A stretch of 35,919 bases of DNA. It comes from a virus (Duplodnaviria > Caudoviricetes). This document shows positions 6,798 to 16,807 of the stretch, one piece after another (within the stretch, counting starts at the first letter, position 1; each line of letters opens with the position of its first letter). Made by a program: the position numbers and the translations under genes. The notes under the pieces were generated by a model, which ran no database searches, was not told the origin of the DNA, and was given only the letters and a program-made list of their open reading frames with translations. The stretch is taken from positions 1 through 35,919 of IMG/VR virus record IMGVR_UViG_3300020045_005843, one strand, 5' to 3'.

Positions 6798-9428
6798 TTA
6801 TTTTGAGTTTATTTTTACCAATTGGTTTTTTTGTGCTTCGCTCAAAGTCTCCAAGATTAAAACGGGCTGGCTTATAGGATCGTTCGGTTGTGCTGGTGCG
6901 GCGTTTACGCTGGCTACCGTCTGCGTTCTTGCTGGGTTCTCAAACACCGCCGCGGGCGTGGAGGTTGAGCCGCCTGAGCTTCCCGGGCCCCCACCGCTTG
7001 CACCGCTGCCTTTATCCGTTTTAAGGATATTTTTAACCGCCGCGAAACCGTTTGCCGCAACGATGGCGACGTTTGCCACCTTCAAGCCGATTTCATAAGG
7101 TGTTATGGCTTTCGTTGAAAGTTCCGCCGTGATACCTTGGTAGGTGTTTATCAAAGCCGAAGCAACGGCAAGGGCTTTACTCTCGCCAAAAATGCTTTGC
7201 GCTGCCGCGATTGCATCCTGTGCAACTCCAAACGCCGCCGCTCTTTTCGTTTTAGCGAGTTCTTTATCGAGGGCAGCCGTAGCTTGTGCGTATTTCTTGT
7301 CGTTAATTAGTTTTTTAGCTATCGCCTCTTTTTGCGTAATGTCTCCAGCAGCCAAAGCTTCGTCGCGAAGTCTCGCCTCTTCGTCGTACTGTTCTTTCAG
7401 TATGGCGAGTTTTAACTGACTTTCAGAATAGCCTTGCTCTTGCAAGGTCAAAAGTCTTAATTCCGCATCGAGTGCCGCCAAGGTCTTGGCCTCTTCGGCT
7501 CTTGCCTTTTCGCCGTCTGCGAACTCTTGGTTAATGGTTTTTACACTTTCAAGATAACCTTTTTGGATTTCGGCAAGTGCTGCGGCTTTATCGACTTCAC
7601 TTAAGATTGTCTCCTCAACTCTTTTAGTCTGTTCAGCTCTCAAAAACTCGGCGTTAGCCAATAGGTCTGCCCGCTGTTGAGCGTCGAGCGTTTTGTTTGC
7701 TTCTATTTTTTTGGTTTGCAACTCGATTTCACCATCGATAGTACCTTTTGCAATTTCAAGAATTTTGCTAGACAAGTCCTGCGCATTCTTAACCTTGTTC
7801 GCCCCACCCTCTAAGACGTTAAGTTTGGCGTAGTAGGTTTCGTAAAATTTCAGCTTCTCCTCTGTTGTGCTGACTTCTGCCTCGAAAACTAAGCGCGTAG
7901 TTTCGAGTTGCTTTTTTTGCTGCTCAATGGCCCGCGCCCGTCTTTCCTTTTCTTTGTCCGCCGCCTCTTTACGTAAAGAGTTGAGGTTTGCCAACTGCTC
8001 GGACTCTTGCCCTGAGATTCTTTCCTGTATGTCCGATACGGTTGTTAACGCTTCGGCTCTTGCGTCGAGGTTGTCCTTGGACTTGCCCTCTAGTTTTATT
8101 CTTAAATTCGCAATTGCTAGGGCTTGGTTAGCGATAGACAGCTCTGCGCCTTGTTGCTTTTTAAGTGTCGCGCCTAATTGCTCGTTTGCTTTTATTCTCG
8201 CCGCTGTACCTTTGCTTTCGTCGTCTCTTATTTGTCTTAGCTTCTCGGCTTGCTTTTGAAAATCGAGTTGGATTTTAGTAGATAGTCTTTTTTGGTCATT
8301 ATACTTCGCCTCAGCATCGGCAAGGCGTTGCGTGTTCTGGATTGACCCTTTTACTGAGTTGGTGAAATTGTCCACGGACTTGGCTGCTTTATCAAACCCA
8401 ATCAAGGCAAGTCCTTTCGACACCAAACGCATGCCCTTTTCGGCTGCTGCGCCTACGAACTCAAACGCCGCACCAATCTTATCTATAAGGAAAGAGCCTA
8501 GCGGCACGAGCACACTCATTACTGCGTTCACTATACCCTTTATGCCTGCCAGAGATTTGGCAAATTTGTTTGAGGCGGACTCATTGTTTTTCAGAGCAGT
8601 GAAAAGGGCAACACCTAGAATTATCAACGCCCCTATACCAGTAGCTATGATGGCTAATTTTAAAACTTTCATCGCGCCGCTGGTTGCCGTCGTGGCAACC
8701 GTCACGCCCTCCTGTGAAACCGTCAAGGCCTCGTTTGCCACGGTCTGGATTTCGGTCGTTGCCGTCTGCACGGCTTGAGACTGTGCCGCTAATTGGGACG
8801 AAGTTTTAAAACCTAAAGTCGCTTTCGTGCTTTGTATAACCGAGTTGGTCATATTGGTGACATCGTTACTCGCCTGCGATACGGTGGAGGTGAAGCCCGT
8901 AACGATATTACGCGCTTTGTCGAACGAATCGCCTAACCCAAACATATACTGTCTATAATTCCCCGTAATGTTTGCCGCTTTTTCTTGGGCGTTACCATTC
9001 TCAACTATGAACTTTTTATTCTCGTCCATTTTAGCATTAAGCAGAGCGATGGCTTGCGCCCCCTCTTTACTAGACGCGTCTATTTGGTTTCTGGTTTTAA
9101 GTAGCTCTTTGTTTTGTGCGTTGGCTTGGTCAATAGTTTTTACGCTATCTGTCAAAGCCTTGCTGTTCTTAATCTCTGCCAGCGTCACGTCATTAATGGC
9201 CGCTTGTTGGGTACGGTATTGCGCCGTAAGGGTTTTTAGTTGTGCCTCATTCTCGACAAACTTTTTGGTTTGTTCTCCCGTCACGTCGCCGTTTTTCTGG
9301 ATATCTTTGCGCAGTTCCGAGTTAGCCTTTTGCAGTTCAAAAATAGCCGTTTTGGTTTCGACAATAGACTTGTTTGCCTCGGTTTTGTCAATGGTAAGAG
9401 TTGCGATATTTATAATTTCTTCGGACAT
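6798..9428 (-). CDS. Tail tape measure protein
   Basis: 876 aa, Ala/Lys/Glu-rich coiled coils, central hydrophobic segment LAIIATGIGALIILGVALF. Confidence 0.85.
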   Translation of the reverse strand: MSEEIINIATLTIDKTEANKSIVETKTAIFELQKANSELRKDIQKNGDVTGEQTKKFVENEAQLKTLTAQYRTQQAAINDVTLAEIKNSKALTDSVKTIDQANAQNKELLKTRNQIDASSKEGAQAIALLNAKMDENKKFIVENGNAQEKAANITGNYRQYMFGLGDSFDKARNIVTGFTSTVSQASNDVTNMTNSVIQSTKATLGFKTSSQLAAQSQAVQTATTEIQTVANEALTVSQEGVTVATTATSGAMKVLKLAIIATGIGALIILGVALFTALKNNESASNKFAKSLAGIKGIVNAVMSVLVPLGSFLIDKIGAAFEFVGAAAEKGMRLVSKGLALIGFDKAAKSVDNFTNSVKGSIQNTQRLADAEAKYNDQKRLSTKIQLDFQKQAEKLRQIRDDESKGTAARIKANEQLGATLKKQQGAELSIANQALAIANLRIKLEGKSKDNLDARAEALTTVSDIQERISGQESEQLANLNSLRKEAADKEKERRARAIEQQKKQLETTRLVFEAEVSTTEEKLKFYETYYAKLNVLEGGANKVKNAQDLSSKILEIAKGTIDGEIELQTKKIEANKTLDAQQRADLLANAEFLRAEQTKRVEETILSEVDKAAALAEIQKGYLESVKTINQEFADGEKARAEEAKTLAALDAELRLLTLQEQGYSESQLKLAILKEQYDEEARLRDEALAAGDITQKEAIAKKLINDKKYAQATAALDKELAKTKRAAAFGVAQDAIAAAQSIFGESKALAVASALINTYQGITAELSTKAITPYEIGLKVANVAIVAANGFAAVKNILKTDKGSGASGGGPGSSGGSTSTPAAVFENPARTQTVASVNAAPAQPNDPISQPVLILETLSEAQKNQLVKINSK

Positions 9429-9431
9429 GGC

Positions 9432-11690
9432 TTAAAGTTGTTCGGTTACGGAGAAACTCCAATTTACGTTTTTTAAAGATACAGACCCGTCCATCGTACC
9501 CGATACGAGTCGGTCCTCTTCGGACAAATCGATTAGAGCCTCGATTAAAATAACGTCGCCAGCTAACACGGTAAAGGTCTTTGATGCTGCTATGTCATAA
9601 TAGTCAACACTCGCAGCCGAAGACCTATATCTGTCAATTATCCCCGCAGAGTAAACCGTCATAAGGGTCACCCCATTTTTCCATATATTGAAAAATAATT
9701 TTGTTCGAGCCTCTGCGCCCCCGCCCCTGTTTGAGCACTGCATATGCAGATGGTCAATGTTGAGGTTTACCGTTACGTTTGAATCTCGGTCAAACTCTAG
9801 TACCTTAAATGCGGTCGGTACGATACCGTTGTCTATGTCCCCAATTGCGGGGGCGAAGGTATCGGCTATGTTTATCGGGGTTGTTATCTTTGCCGAATAG
9901 TTTAAACGGCGTTTATGCCCGTTGGTGTCATTTTGCCCGTAACTGTACACGGTGTCGAGTTCGCTTCTAAATTCTGAAAGGAAATTAGCCCGGCCGTTAT
10001 GCGCTACGTTGATGGTTGCCTCTCGGGAAACCCCGCCCTCTTGGGATATGAATATAAATTTTATATCAGAGTTGCTTTTCACGTTTTCGGTTTCTGCCCC
10101 CACGATCCGGATTTCGAATATTAGACTCACGTCTATTGAGGTTGGAAAAGCTAATACCTGTATGCCGTTAACGAAGATGTTATTTTTGGTCAAGTCTGCT
10201 GCGGCTATGAGCATCGTAGCCGCCGGGCTTACGTTGTACGCCGCATAGAGCAAAGCGATATCCAAGATAAACACCTCGCCGTAAAAGCCAACGGATAAAT
10301 TTTGATCAAACACCACGGGCGAATCGACCACGGTCTTTTCTATCATTAAGGCTTTCACTTTTACGCCGTCTTTCTTTGTCGTGAAATTCAGCTCCAACGG
10401 GAGCCAATAGGTTGAGAGCTGTTTAATAAAAAACACTTCGCTCATTTTGAACCCCGCCAAAAACAAAGCATCATATCTGAAACTCAATTGTGCAATGGTC
10501 GGCAGTGAAATGTTAGCGCAATAAGGTTGGTGGAACAATTGCCAAATTTCAAGGATGTTAGGCGAAAAGGCCTTGTACATATCGTGATATGACAAAACGC
10601 CATTAGAGTAAACAGGCGTTGCGGTTGCCGCGTCTTCAAACCTAAACAAGTTCATTGTCTGCGGTTCTGTAACTTCGCCATTTACCCTCGGTAACAAAGT
10701 GCCATCCTCTTCAAGGTCTTGGTCGGCGAATAGCCTCAAGTTTCCTGCGCCAAAGTCGCTGGTTAGGTATTCAGTTTTATCGACAATCGATTTATTGTTA
10801 TTGAAAAACCCGTTGTAAAAGTCCGGACTGCCCGAATAAGCCACGGTGTTAACCTTGGCAAGTCCGCCCTCAAAGGCGTATTCCTCAAACTTGGTGAACT
10901 TTGTAGAATAATCAACGAATTGGCTTTTAATGTTCTCAAGGTTTTTCCAGAAATACAACCCTAGGCTTTTTGACGAATCCGAAACCTCAATATATCCGTT
11001 AAAAGTTTCGAGGAAATCGAGTATAAAATCATAACACGTCATAGTTGCCTCAAACTTCGGCGTACCATCAGATCCATAAACACCCACGTTTGAGTTGGTG
11101 TAGTACTTATCGATGTTGATGTCGGTCAGGATGTCGCCCGAGTATGAGTAGCCCAACTGCGTAAACACTTTCAAGATTAAATCTTTGATGTTTATCAAGG
11201 CTGGTATCTCCTCAACGACAATTAAGCCGCTTTTATCCTGCGCCGATATTGGGGCCGTTCTGAAATCAGTATGAAATGGGGTGTTGTAGGCCAGAAAATC
11301 GCCGAGGGTTTTAGTATAAACCACGGGCGTAACGACCTGGTTCATTAAAACCTCTTTGGTTTTTGCCACTAAAAAGCTATCCGTGAAAATTACATAAACG
11401 GGGATCCCTGCGTCTGTTTCTTTTTGGGCTTTGAGCTTTTGGCGTTTCAAGAAAATACAGCCGTTGAGTATGATGTCGCAATCGTAACCAGCCGTCATAC
11501 TTTTAGCCTTTGAGTTTGGCAAGTAGCTAATGCCTAAGAGGCGGCGGTTTTTTGAGCTGTTCTTTAGATTGAAATTATTTGAAAATGAGTACTGGTTTTG
11601 AATGCCGTTAAGTGCCTGTGCTTTTTTGAAAGTCACAACCGCCCCGGTGTCAATGTCCAACGCTTCATTGTTTATCAAAATTTGTATCAT
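9432..11690 (-). CDS. Putative tail tip/baseplate hub protein
   Basis: 752 aa; N-terminal LINNEALDI...YSFSNNFNL..N..LLG pattern of siphophage tail-tip proteins; adjacent to the tape measure gene. Confidence 0.6.
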   Translation of the reverse strand: MIQILINNEALDIDTGAVVTFKKAQALNGIQNQYSFSNNFNLKNSSKNRRLLGISYLPNSKAKSMTAGYDCDIILNGCIFLKRQKLKAQKETDAGIPVYVIFTDSFLVAKTKEVLMNQVVTPVVYTKTLGDFLAYNTPFHTDFRTAPISAQDKSGLIVVEEIPALINIKDLILKVFTQLGYSYSGDILTDINIDKYYTNSNVGVYGSDGTPKFEATMTCYDFILDFLETFNGYIEVSDSSKSLGLYFWKNLENIKSQFVDYSTKFTKFEEYAFEGGLAKVNTVAYSGSPDFYNGFFNNNKSIVDKTEYLTSDFGAGNLRLFADQDLEEDGTLLPRVNGEVTEPQTMNLFRFEDAATATPVYSNGVLSYHDMYKAFSPNILEIWQLFHQPYCANISLPTIAQLSFRYDALFLAGFKMSEVFFIKQLSTYWLPLELNFTTKKDGVKVKALMIEKTVVDSPVVFDQNLSVGFYGEVFILDIALLYAAYNVSPAATMLIAAADLTKNNIFVNGIQVLAFPTSIDVSLIFEIRIVGAETENVKSNSDIKFIFISQEGGVSREATINVAHNGRANFLSEFRSELDTVYSYGQNDTNGHKRRLNYSAKITTPINIADTFAPAIGDIDNGIVPTAFKVLEFDRDSNVTVNLNIDHLHMQCSNRGGGAEARTKLFFNIWKNGVTLMTVYSAGIIDRYRSSAASVDYYDIAASKTFTVLAGDVILIEALIDLSEEDRLVSGTMDGSVSLKNVNWSFSVTEQL

Positions 11691-12808
11691 AGCTTGAAGT
11701 TTCCGCTGTTGCTTATTTTGGCTTTGAGTGTATAGTCGAACGTTCGAGCAAGTGAAGCCTGTGAGCCTGTTACTTCACATTCGATAAACACGTCGTTACC
11801 GTTCAATTGCTTTAAGTTCATTTCGACTTTCGGCGCACGTAGCAACATATCGAAAAGCTCTTTAAGTTCGATAATCTTTGAGCCTTTGAGGCTTATTTCC
11901 TTTTTGTAATCGACATCTGCCTGTACGGCTGGTGACTTGTTCTCATTTTCATTGGAATAGCGTCGGTCGTAGAAAGTTGTTTTAGCTCGGTCTGATTGTT
12001 CAGACTCAATCTTTGAATAAAAGAAACTAAATCCTCCCCGAGTGTTGGGAAAACGGAATTGGATAACTGGATCACACGATGTTTCATTTTTGAAGTCATA
12101 AGCTTGTAGTGTTTTAGCGGGGTTTTGGTTTGTTGTCGTAACGCTCCTAAGCGAACGTATGGCGTTGAGTTGGTCTGTGGTAAACTTGTACGTTGCCACG
12201 CCGTCAACTGCGGTAATCGGCGAACTTATTCCCGCTACTGTTACCGAGTTGCCCGCCAACTCATTGTTAAATATCGAAATGTAATTGTCGAAGCCTCGGC
12301 ACACTTCAACAACGGGAGGCGTTAAGAAAGTAAGCTTATCAGCGACAAGTGGATTAGTGAAACTGTCAAACATAAGACGCTCCCCCAAGATCGAGAAGTA
12401 CTCGCCTGTGAGGTCGTCGACTGCTCCGAGTCCATCGGTGAACACAAAGTTATCAAAAATGTAGTTATCAAAAACAAAAGAGGTGTCCTCTGGCACTGAG
12501 CCGTCACGGATTTTGAGGCTGGTCTCAAACTTTTCAATTGAAAGGTTTTTCGTGCCATCAAAGTCAAACTCAAAGCCGTTGAGCTGCAACGCCTTGAAAA
12601 ACTCCGAAGCGTCCACGGAAAATACACCCGTTGCGGTGTTCGGGAACACGTTGCGAATGATAGCGGTCTTGTCAGCGTATAGGCTTTTTATCACAACGTC
12701 ACACACATAGTCGGCTGGGTTGCCGACAACCGAGTCGGTTGTAAACTCAAAAATTGCAGGGTTAGTGCAATTGAAAAACTGGGCGGGTTGTTTTAGTATT
12801 GTTATCAT
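11687..12808 (-). CDS. Putative distal tail protein
   Basis: 373 aa, beta-rich, F.NTRGGFSFFY motif, within the tail module. Confidence 0.5.
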   Translation of the reverse strand: MITILKQPAQFFNCTNPAIFEFTTDSVVGNPADYVCDVVIKSLYADKTAIIRNVFPNTATGVFSVDASEFFKALQLNGFEFDFDGTKNLSIEKFETSLKIRDGSVPEDTSFVFDNYIFDNFVFTDGLGAVDDLTGEYFSILGERLMFDSFTNPLVADKLTFLTPPVVEVCRGFDNYISIFNNELAGNSVTVAGISSPITAVDGVATYKFTTDQLNAIRSLRSVTTTNQNPAKTLQAYDFKNETSCDPVIQFRFPNTRGGFSFFYSKIESEQSDRAKTTFYDRRYSNENENKSPAVQADVDYKKEISLKGSKIIELKELFDMLLRAPKVEMNLKQLNGNDVFIECEVTGSQASLARTFDYTLKAKISNSGNFKL

Positions 12809-13236
12809 CTAACTGTCCATTGTGTTTTGCTTACCTCGTTTATAGTTTCATCTATTGCGATGTTCATAATTCGCTGTATGTTCTCTGGGCTTATAACGGC
12901 TTTGAGGCTTTGCACCCCGCCCTGTCTGTCCCAAATTGTACCATTCTCTAAAATGCTTTGCCATACAGCCTCAGGGTCTAACGTTCCGGCAAGCCCTTTG
13001 GCTTCTACCCACTCGACTATGTCGTCCATAGTTGGAGGGCTTTGGTACTGAGTACCGTCTCGCAATTCCAGAACGTAATTCATGGCGTAAACTTTAACCT
13101 CGTCTTTATTCGCCGTTATGTTGCTTTCGAGTTTAACTGAGTCCCGAAGTTGTCCCGTGGCGATGAGGTCGTCCGTGACGATTGCATCCCGTAGTGGTTG
13201 CACAAATTCGGTCTCAACTAAAGCGGCTAAATCCAT
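12805..13236 (-). CDS. Putative neck/tail completion protein
   Basis: ATGQLRDSV and PP...I.EWV..KG motifs typical of phage virion morphogenesis proteins. Confidence 0.6.
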   Translation of the reverse strand: MDLAALVETEFVQPLRDAIVTDDLIATGQLRDSVKLESNITANKDEVKVYAMNYVLELRDGTQYQSPPTMDDIVEWVEAKGLAGTLDPEAVWQSILENGTIWDRQGGVQSLKAVISPENIQRIMNIAIDETINEVSKTQWTVR

Positions 13237-13694
13237 AACGAGTAGTAGATCTCTACGCCTGTGCAGTTGGTCGCCTTGGTGTATTTCACCGAGTTGTACA
13301 ACGGGCGCAAAGAGTTAATTAATATCTCAAAGTCACACGCTACATAGCTGTTTAGTTCTCTGGCAAAAGCCAGATTAAGCAACTTTTTGACGATGTCGGC
13401 GAATTGACCGTTATCAAAAGTCGAGCCGTTCGTGTCCGTTGCGATGTCAGCGGGTGTGCCGATAAACAAAACGCCGTCGAACTTCATACGGATACGACCG
13501 TCAACGGGTGTCGCCAAGTCGAGGCGGTCAATGAAAAACCAATTAGGCAGAATCTCGTTAGGCGTTACGCCTGTGAGGTCTGTCTCGTAGTATTGGAATT
13601 CATTATACGCAGCAATATACGCCCACAAGTCCGACGGGTCGGCGATTGCAGGCAGTACGTAATTTCCGTCTTTGGGTTTTAAGATTGTGGCCAT
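13227..13694 (-). CDS. Putative tail terminator/structural protein
   Basis: 155 aa, translationally coupled; positional inference only. Confidence 0.4.
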   Translation of the reverse strand: MATILKPKDGNYVLPAIADPSDLWAYIAAYNEFQYYETDLTGVTPNEILPNWFFIDRLDLATPVDGRIRMKFDGVLFIGTPADIATDTNGSTFDNGQFADIVKKLLNLAFARELNSYVACDFEILINSLRPLYNSVKYTKATNCTGVEIYYSLWI

Positions 13695-14245
13695 TATTTT
13701 CTCTTTGGCTTATTGCGTTCAAACTCGTTGAACACGTGTAATTTGTCCGCTAAGATAGAAAGAATAATTGTATCGAGGTTAAACAGCTCTCGATTATTTT
13801 GTTTTTTCTCGTTGTAGTTCACAGGGATGTTCTTTTTGTCCGCCCAGTAGTTGATATAGTAGAACTTGTCAACCGTTGCATTCTGGAATCCTCGGCTCGA
13901 TCCCTCGACGTTGTAAGACTTGTTTACGTCCTCGATGGCCTCACGCAGATAAACGATTGCCTCTTTGAATTTATGGGTGAACGCCTTTAAGATTATTAGG
14001 CGAAAAGCCTCCGGGCTTTCAAAGTGGAAGCTGTCATAAAAGCGCATAGCCACTGCGGCCATTTCTGCTTCGTTTTGAGCCAGTTGAATGTCGAGCCAGT
14101 CGAATGCGTTAATCTTGTCCACGATTTGCTCGACGGTGATTTGAATATCAACGAACGGGGCGAGCGTGTCTTCATGGCGAAGTGCCGCCTGTTCTTTTTT
14201 GTTTGGCTTTTTTAAGGCGTTACGGATTTTAGTTTTTAGTCCCAT
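13694..14245 (-). CDS. Hypothetical protein (possible tail assembly chaperone)
   Basis: Coupled to terL; helical; function is a guess. Confidence 0.5.
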   Translation of the reverse strand: MGLKTKIRNALKKPNKKEQAALRHEDTLAPFVDIQITVEQIVDKINAFDWLDIQLAQNEAEMAAVAMRFYDSFHFESPEAFRLIILKAFTHKFKEAIVYLREAIEDVNKSYNVEGSSRGFQNATVDKFYYINYWADKKNIPVNYNEKKQNNRELFNLDTIILSILADKLHVFNEFERNKPKRK

Positions 14246-15585
14246 TTTGGTAAAGATTTTAATTCAAATATAAATCGCATGAGCAAAGCGTCGAACCAGT
14301 CCGGGCTTCTGCCTGTTCGCTTCTTAAGTTCTTTTTTGCTTTCAAGTTTGACCTTACCCTCGTCGTCGGTTGGCTCTCGGCATATCTGTTCGAGGTCTGC
14401 CATAATTTGCTTTTTGAAAGTCAAATCGGCAATAAAGATAAGGTTTTTTTCTAAATATTCTTTGAGCATAAAAGAGCATTCGGTCTTTAGGTTCCTATAC
14501 TGCTTGTCTTTGAGCGGTGCTGCGTTGTTGATGAAAGGCTTTGCGGCTTCAAGTTTGGCGAGGCTGTTCGCCGTGAACTTGCGAAGCCCGTCGGCGTCAT
14601 AGGCTATGTTTGAATAGGGGATTTTGTGCTCTTCGGCCAACTCTTTGAGCTTGGTCCCTATAGCCGTTTCGTCTATTTTGTCGATGCCATAAACCTTGAC
14701 AACCCGGAAGCCGTGCCAAATCATGATAACGAAAATGTCCGCCCCCATGTACGCGATATCGGCGGTCATATACTTTGAACCCGAAGCCTTTATGAACTCG
14801 TTCGTGAAGAGGTTGCAAATGTCGTCATAGCCGTACATTGCGTAGGGGTTGTCGTCGTACTCCCAATCGCCATAAACTAAACGCTTAATACTTTTTTCGT
14901 CGTTCTTGAGTGCCCGCATAAGGTCGCGTATGTAGTTTTTAGGCAGCATCTTGTTGTCAGTTGGCAACGCCTGGACAAACTTTCGATAGTCAGGGAGGCG
15001 GTTTTCTTTTCGGGCAAGGTAGTAGTCCTCATAGACGAAGTTCTTTGAGGGGTTGAGGGTGACGAGCAGTTTGCCCGGTAGGTTGTAAAAGTCATTTTTC
15101 CAGCGGCCTATGGTCGCCTGTAGCATAGCTTTAGCCTTTGGGCTTATCTCTCCCGCCTCTTCTATCCAACCCCTTGTCATTTGGATGGAGCCGAAGCGTT
15201 CAAACTCGGGATCGGTTGGTAGGTGCGCTGCTTCGAGCAGGAAAACCTTTGAGCCGTTGTACAACGTGTAAAAGTTATCTTGACCGTTGAACGAGTAGTA
15301 TCGCTCATCGAGCCCCCAGTCCCGTAGCACCTCCTCGATGGTTGGCTGGGTGTATTTCCGCAAGTCGTTGAGTTTCTTACGGGCGATAAAGTAGTGAGTT
15401 TCTGGGTAAATAAGTGCATCGCCGAAGATGAGTGAAGCCCCAAGGTACGATTTGCCCGAACCTTTGGACCCGCCATAGCCTATGTCCGATACTTCGGGGT
15501 CAAGCCAATGGCGTGCGACTTCGAGCTGCTTGCCGTTGCCTCGGGTGTTGAACTCAATTGAGATCGTCGTCTTCGATTGGCTCAT
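14236..15585 (-). CDS. terL: Terminase large subunit
   Basis: Walker A GGSKGSGKS, Walker B WIEEAGE, coupling motif TLNP, nuclease TADIA and SPDWFDAL. Confidence 0.95.
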   Translation of the reverse strand: MSQSKTTISIEFNTRGNGKQLEVARHWLDPEVSDIGYGGSKGSGKSYLGASLIFGDALIYPETHYFIARKKLNDLRKYTQPTIEEVLRDWGLDERYYSFNGQDNFYTLYNGSKVFLLEAAHLPTDPEFERFGSIQMTRGWIEEAGEISPKAKAMLQATIGRWKNDFYNLPGKLLVTLNPSKNFVYEDYYLARKENRLPDYRKFVQALPTDNKMLPKNYIRDLMRALKNDEKSIKRLVYGDWEYDDNPYAMYGYDDICNLFTNEFIKASGSKYMTADIAYMGADIFVIMIWHGFRVVKVYGIDKIDETAIGTKLKELAEEHKIPYSNIAYDADGLRKFTANSLAKLEAAKPFINNAAPLKDKQYRNLKTECSFMLKEYLEKNLIFIADLTFKKQIMADLEQICREPTDDEGKVKLESKKELKKRTGRSPDWFDALLMRFIFELKSLPKWD

Positions 15586-16027
15586 CAGCTGTCGGGGTTA
15601 TTTCGTTTTTGATGGTCATGCCGATTATTGCAGGAGCTGCGAGGGCTTCACCTTTGCTGGTCACGTCTAACTTGTCCCCATACTTCGTTGGGTGCATTTT
15701 AGCCAGCACCCACTTTCGGGCATCAACTCGAAGCTTTGAACGCTGGATAACATCGTGGTCGGTGCGCTCTATGCCCTCGCTGTCCACGTAGGTGTCCTTG
15801 TAGTTCTCGTCGGCGATGTTTAAAATATCCTCAAATATGGCATCCGCCCGGATAACTGTCGCGCGCGCATAACGTCCCGCCATTGCGTCGTCGTTATCCA
15901 CCCATTTGGTGAATGTCGAGGAGCATATCTTATTCCCCTTTAAGGCTGAACGCAGGGACGCCCCGCTTTCAATGTCGCTTATGATTTTTTTAAATATCAA
16001 TTCAATTTCTGAGGCTGTTCGTTTCAT
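15554..16027 (-). CDS. terS: Terminase small subunit (Sf6 gp1-like)
   Basis: N-terminal HTH, YARA, RSKLRVDARKWVLAKMHPTKYGDK; overlaps terL by 32 bp. Confidence 0.9.
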   Translation of the reverse strand: MKRTASEIELIFKKIISDIESGASLRSALKGNKICSSTFTKWVDNDDAMAGRYARATVIRADAIFEDILNIADENYKDTYVDSEGIERTDHDVIQRSKLRVDARKWVLAKMHPTKYGDKLDVTSKGEALAAPAIIGMTIKNEITPTADEPIEDDDLN

Positions 16028-16054
16028 AACTTTTTAAATTACGCCTCAAAGATA

Positions 16055-16402
16055 TTAAAATAATTCGGCATCAGCGTATAAGTCGGTTAATTTTACAAAA
16101 GATAGCTTACCAGACTTATGCAGCACAAAATCCCCACGGTTAACCCTTATGTAAAAAGTTCTACGGCTTATGTCCAGCAATGCAAGAGCTTGTTTAACGG
16201 TTGCGAACTCTCCCGCAGGAAAAGCTTTAGGTCTCTCCGGTGAGCGTATTACCTTTTTTAGCTGCCTCTTATCAAAGAGAACCCATCTGCTGCCCGATAA
16301 CTGGGGCTGAAAGCAACCTAAGTCTAAAAGGCGTATGAATTTTGCGGGGGTTATACCCATTTGGTTGATAGCCCCGGAGGCTGTAATAAAATTGCTGTCC
16401 AT
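16055..16402 (-). CDS. Tandem excisionase/AlpA-like winged-HTH DNA-binding protein
   Basis: Two repeats: FITASGAINQMGITPAKFIRL and FATVKQALALLDISRRTFYIRV. Confidence 0.75.
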   Translation of the reverse strand: MDSNFITASGAINQMGITPAKFIRLLDLGCFQPQLSGSRWVLFDKRQLKKVIRSPERPKAFPAGEFATVKQALALLDISRRTFYIRVNRGDFVLHKSGKLSFVKLTDLYADAELF

Positions 16403-16419
16403 AAGATTGATGTTTATCG

Positions 16420-16447
16420 CAAAGATAAGTATAAAATGTATATACTT
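16420..16447 (-). promoter_or_regulatory. -7 box with overlapping inverted-repeat operator, upstream of the HTH-terS-terL operon
   Basis: TATCTTTG at 16420..16427; AAGTATA-N7-TATACTT at 16427..16447; no TTG at the -33 position. Confidence 0.55.
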
Positions 16448-16474
16448 GTATGTTAAATATGAATTATTTTAAGT

Positions 16475-16750
16475 GTAAACCAGCTTTTTTTTGTAAGTAC
16501 TTGATTATCAGGATTTGTAAACCAATAAACAATAAACAATGCGTTTTCAAAGTATATAGCTCTATTATATCAATATCGCCTAACGTGTTGTATATAGAGT
16601 ATATATTATAGGTTATTACTTATATATTTATTTTATTTAAAACTTTAACTATATTATTGTTTATATTGAATATTATAGGCTTACGCCTTGCCCGTTGTGG
16701 CTTGACGCGTAAACCAGCTTTGTTTATCATAGAATATCATTGTTTACATT
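16475..16750. repeat. Iteron-rich AT element, copy A (candidate origin); homologous to 30245..30510
   Basis: Multiple TAAAC/GTTTA motifs; GTAAACCAGCTTT twice; 16650..16749 colinear with 30410..30509. Confidence 0.75.
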
Positions 16751-16807
16751 TTGGTAATTTGGGGTAAAAATTAAACACCTTATACAATATAAAATATTTA
16801 TCCGACA

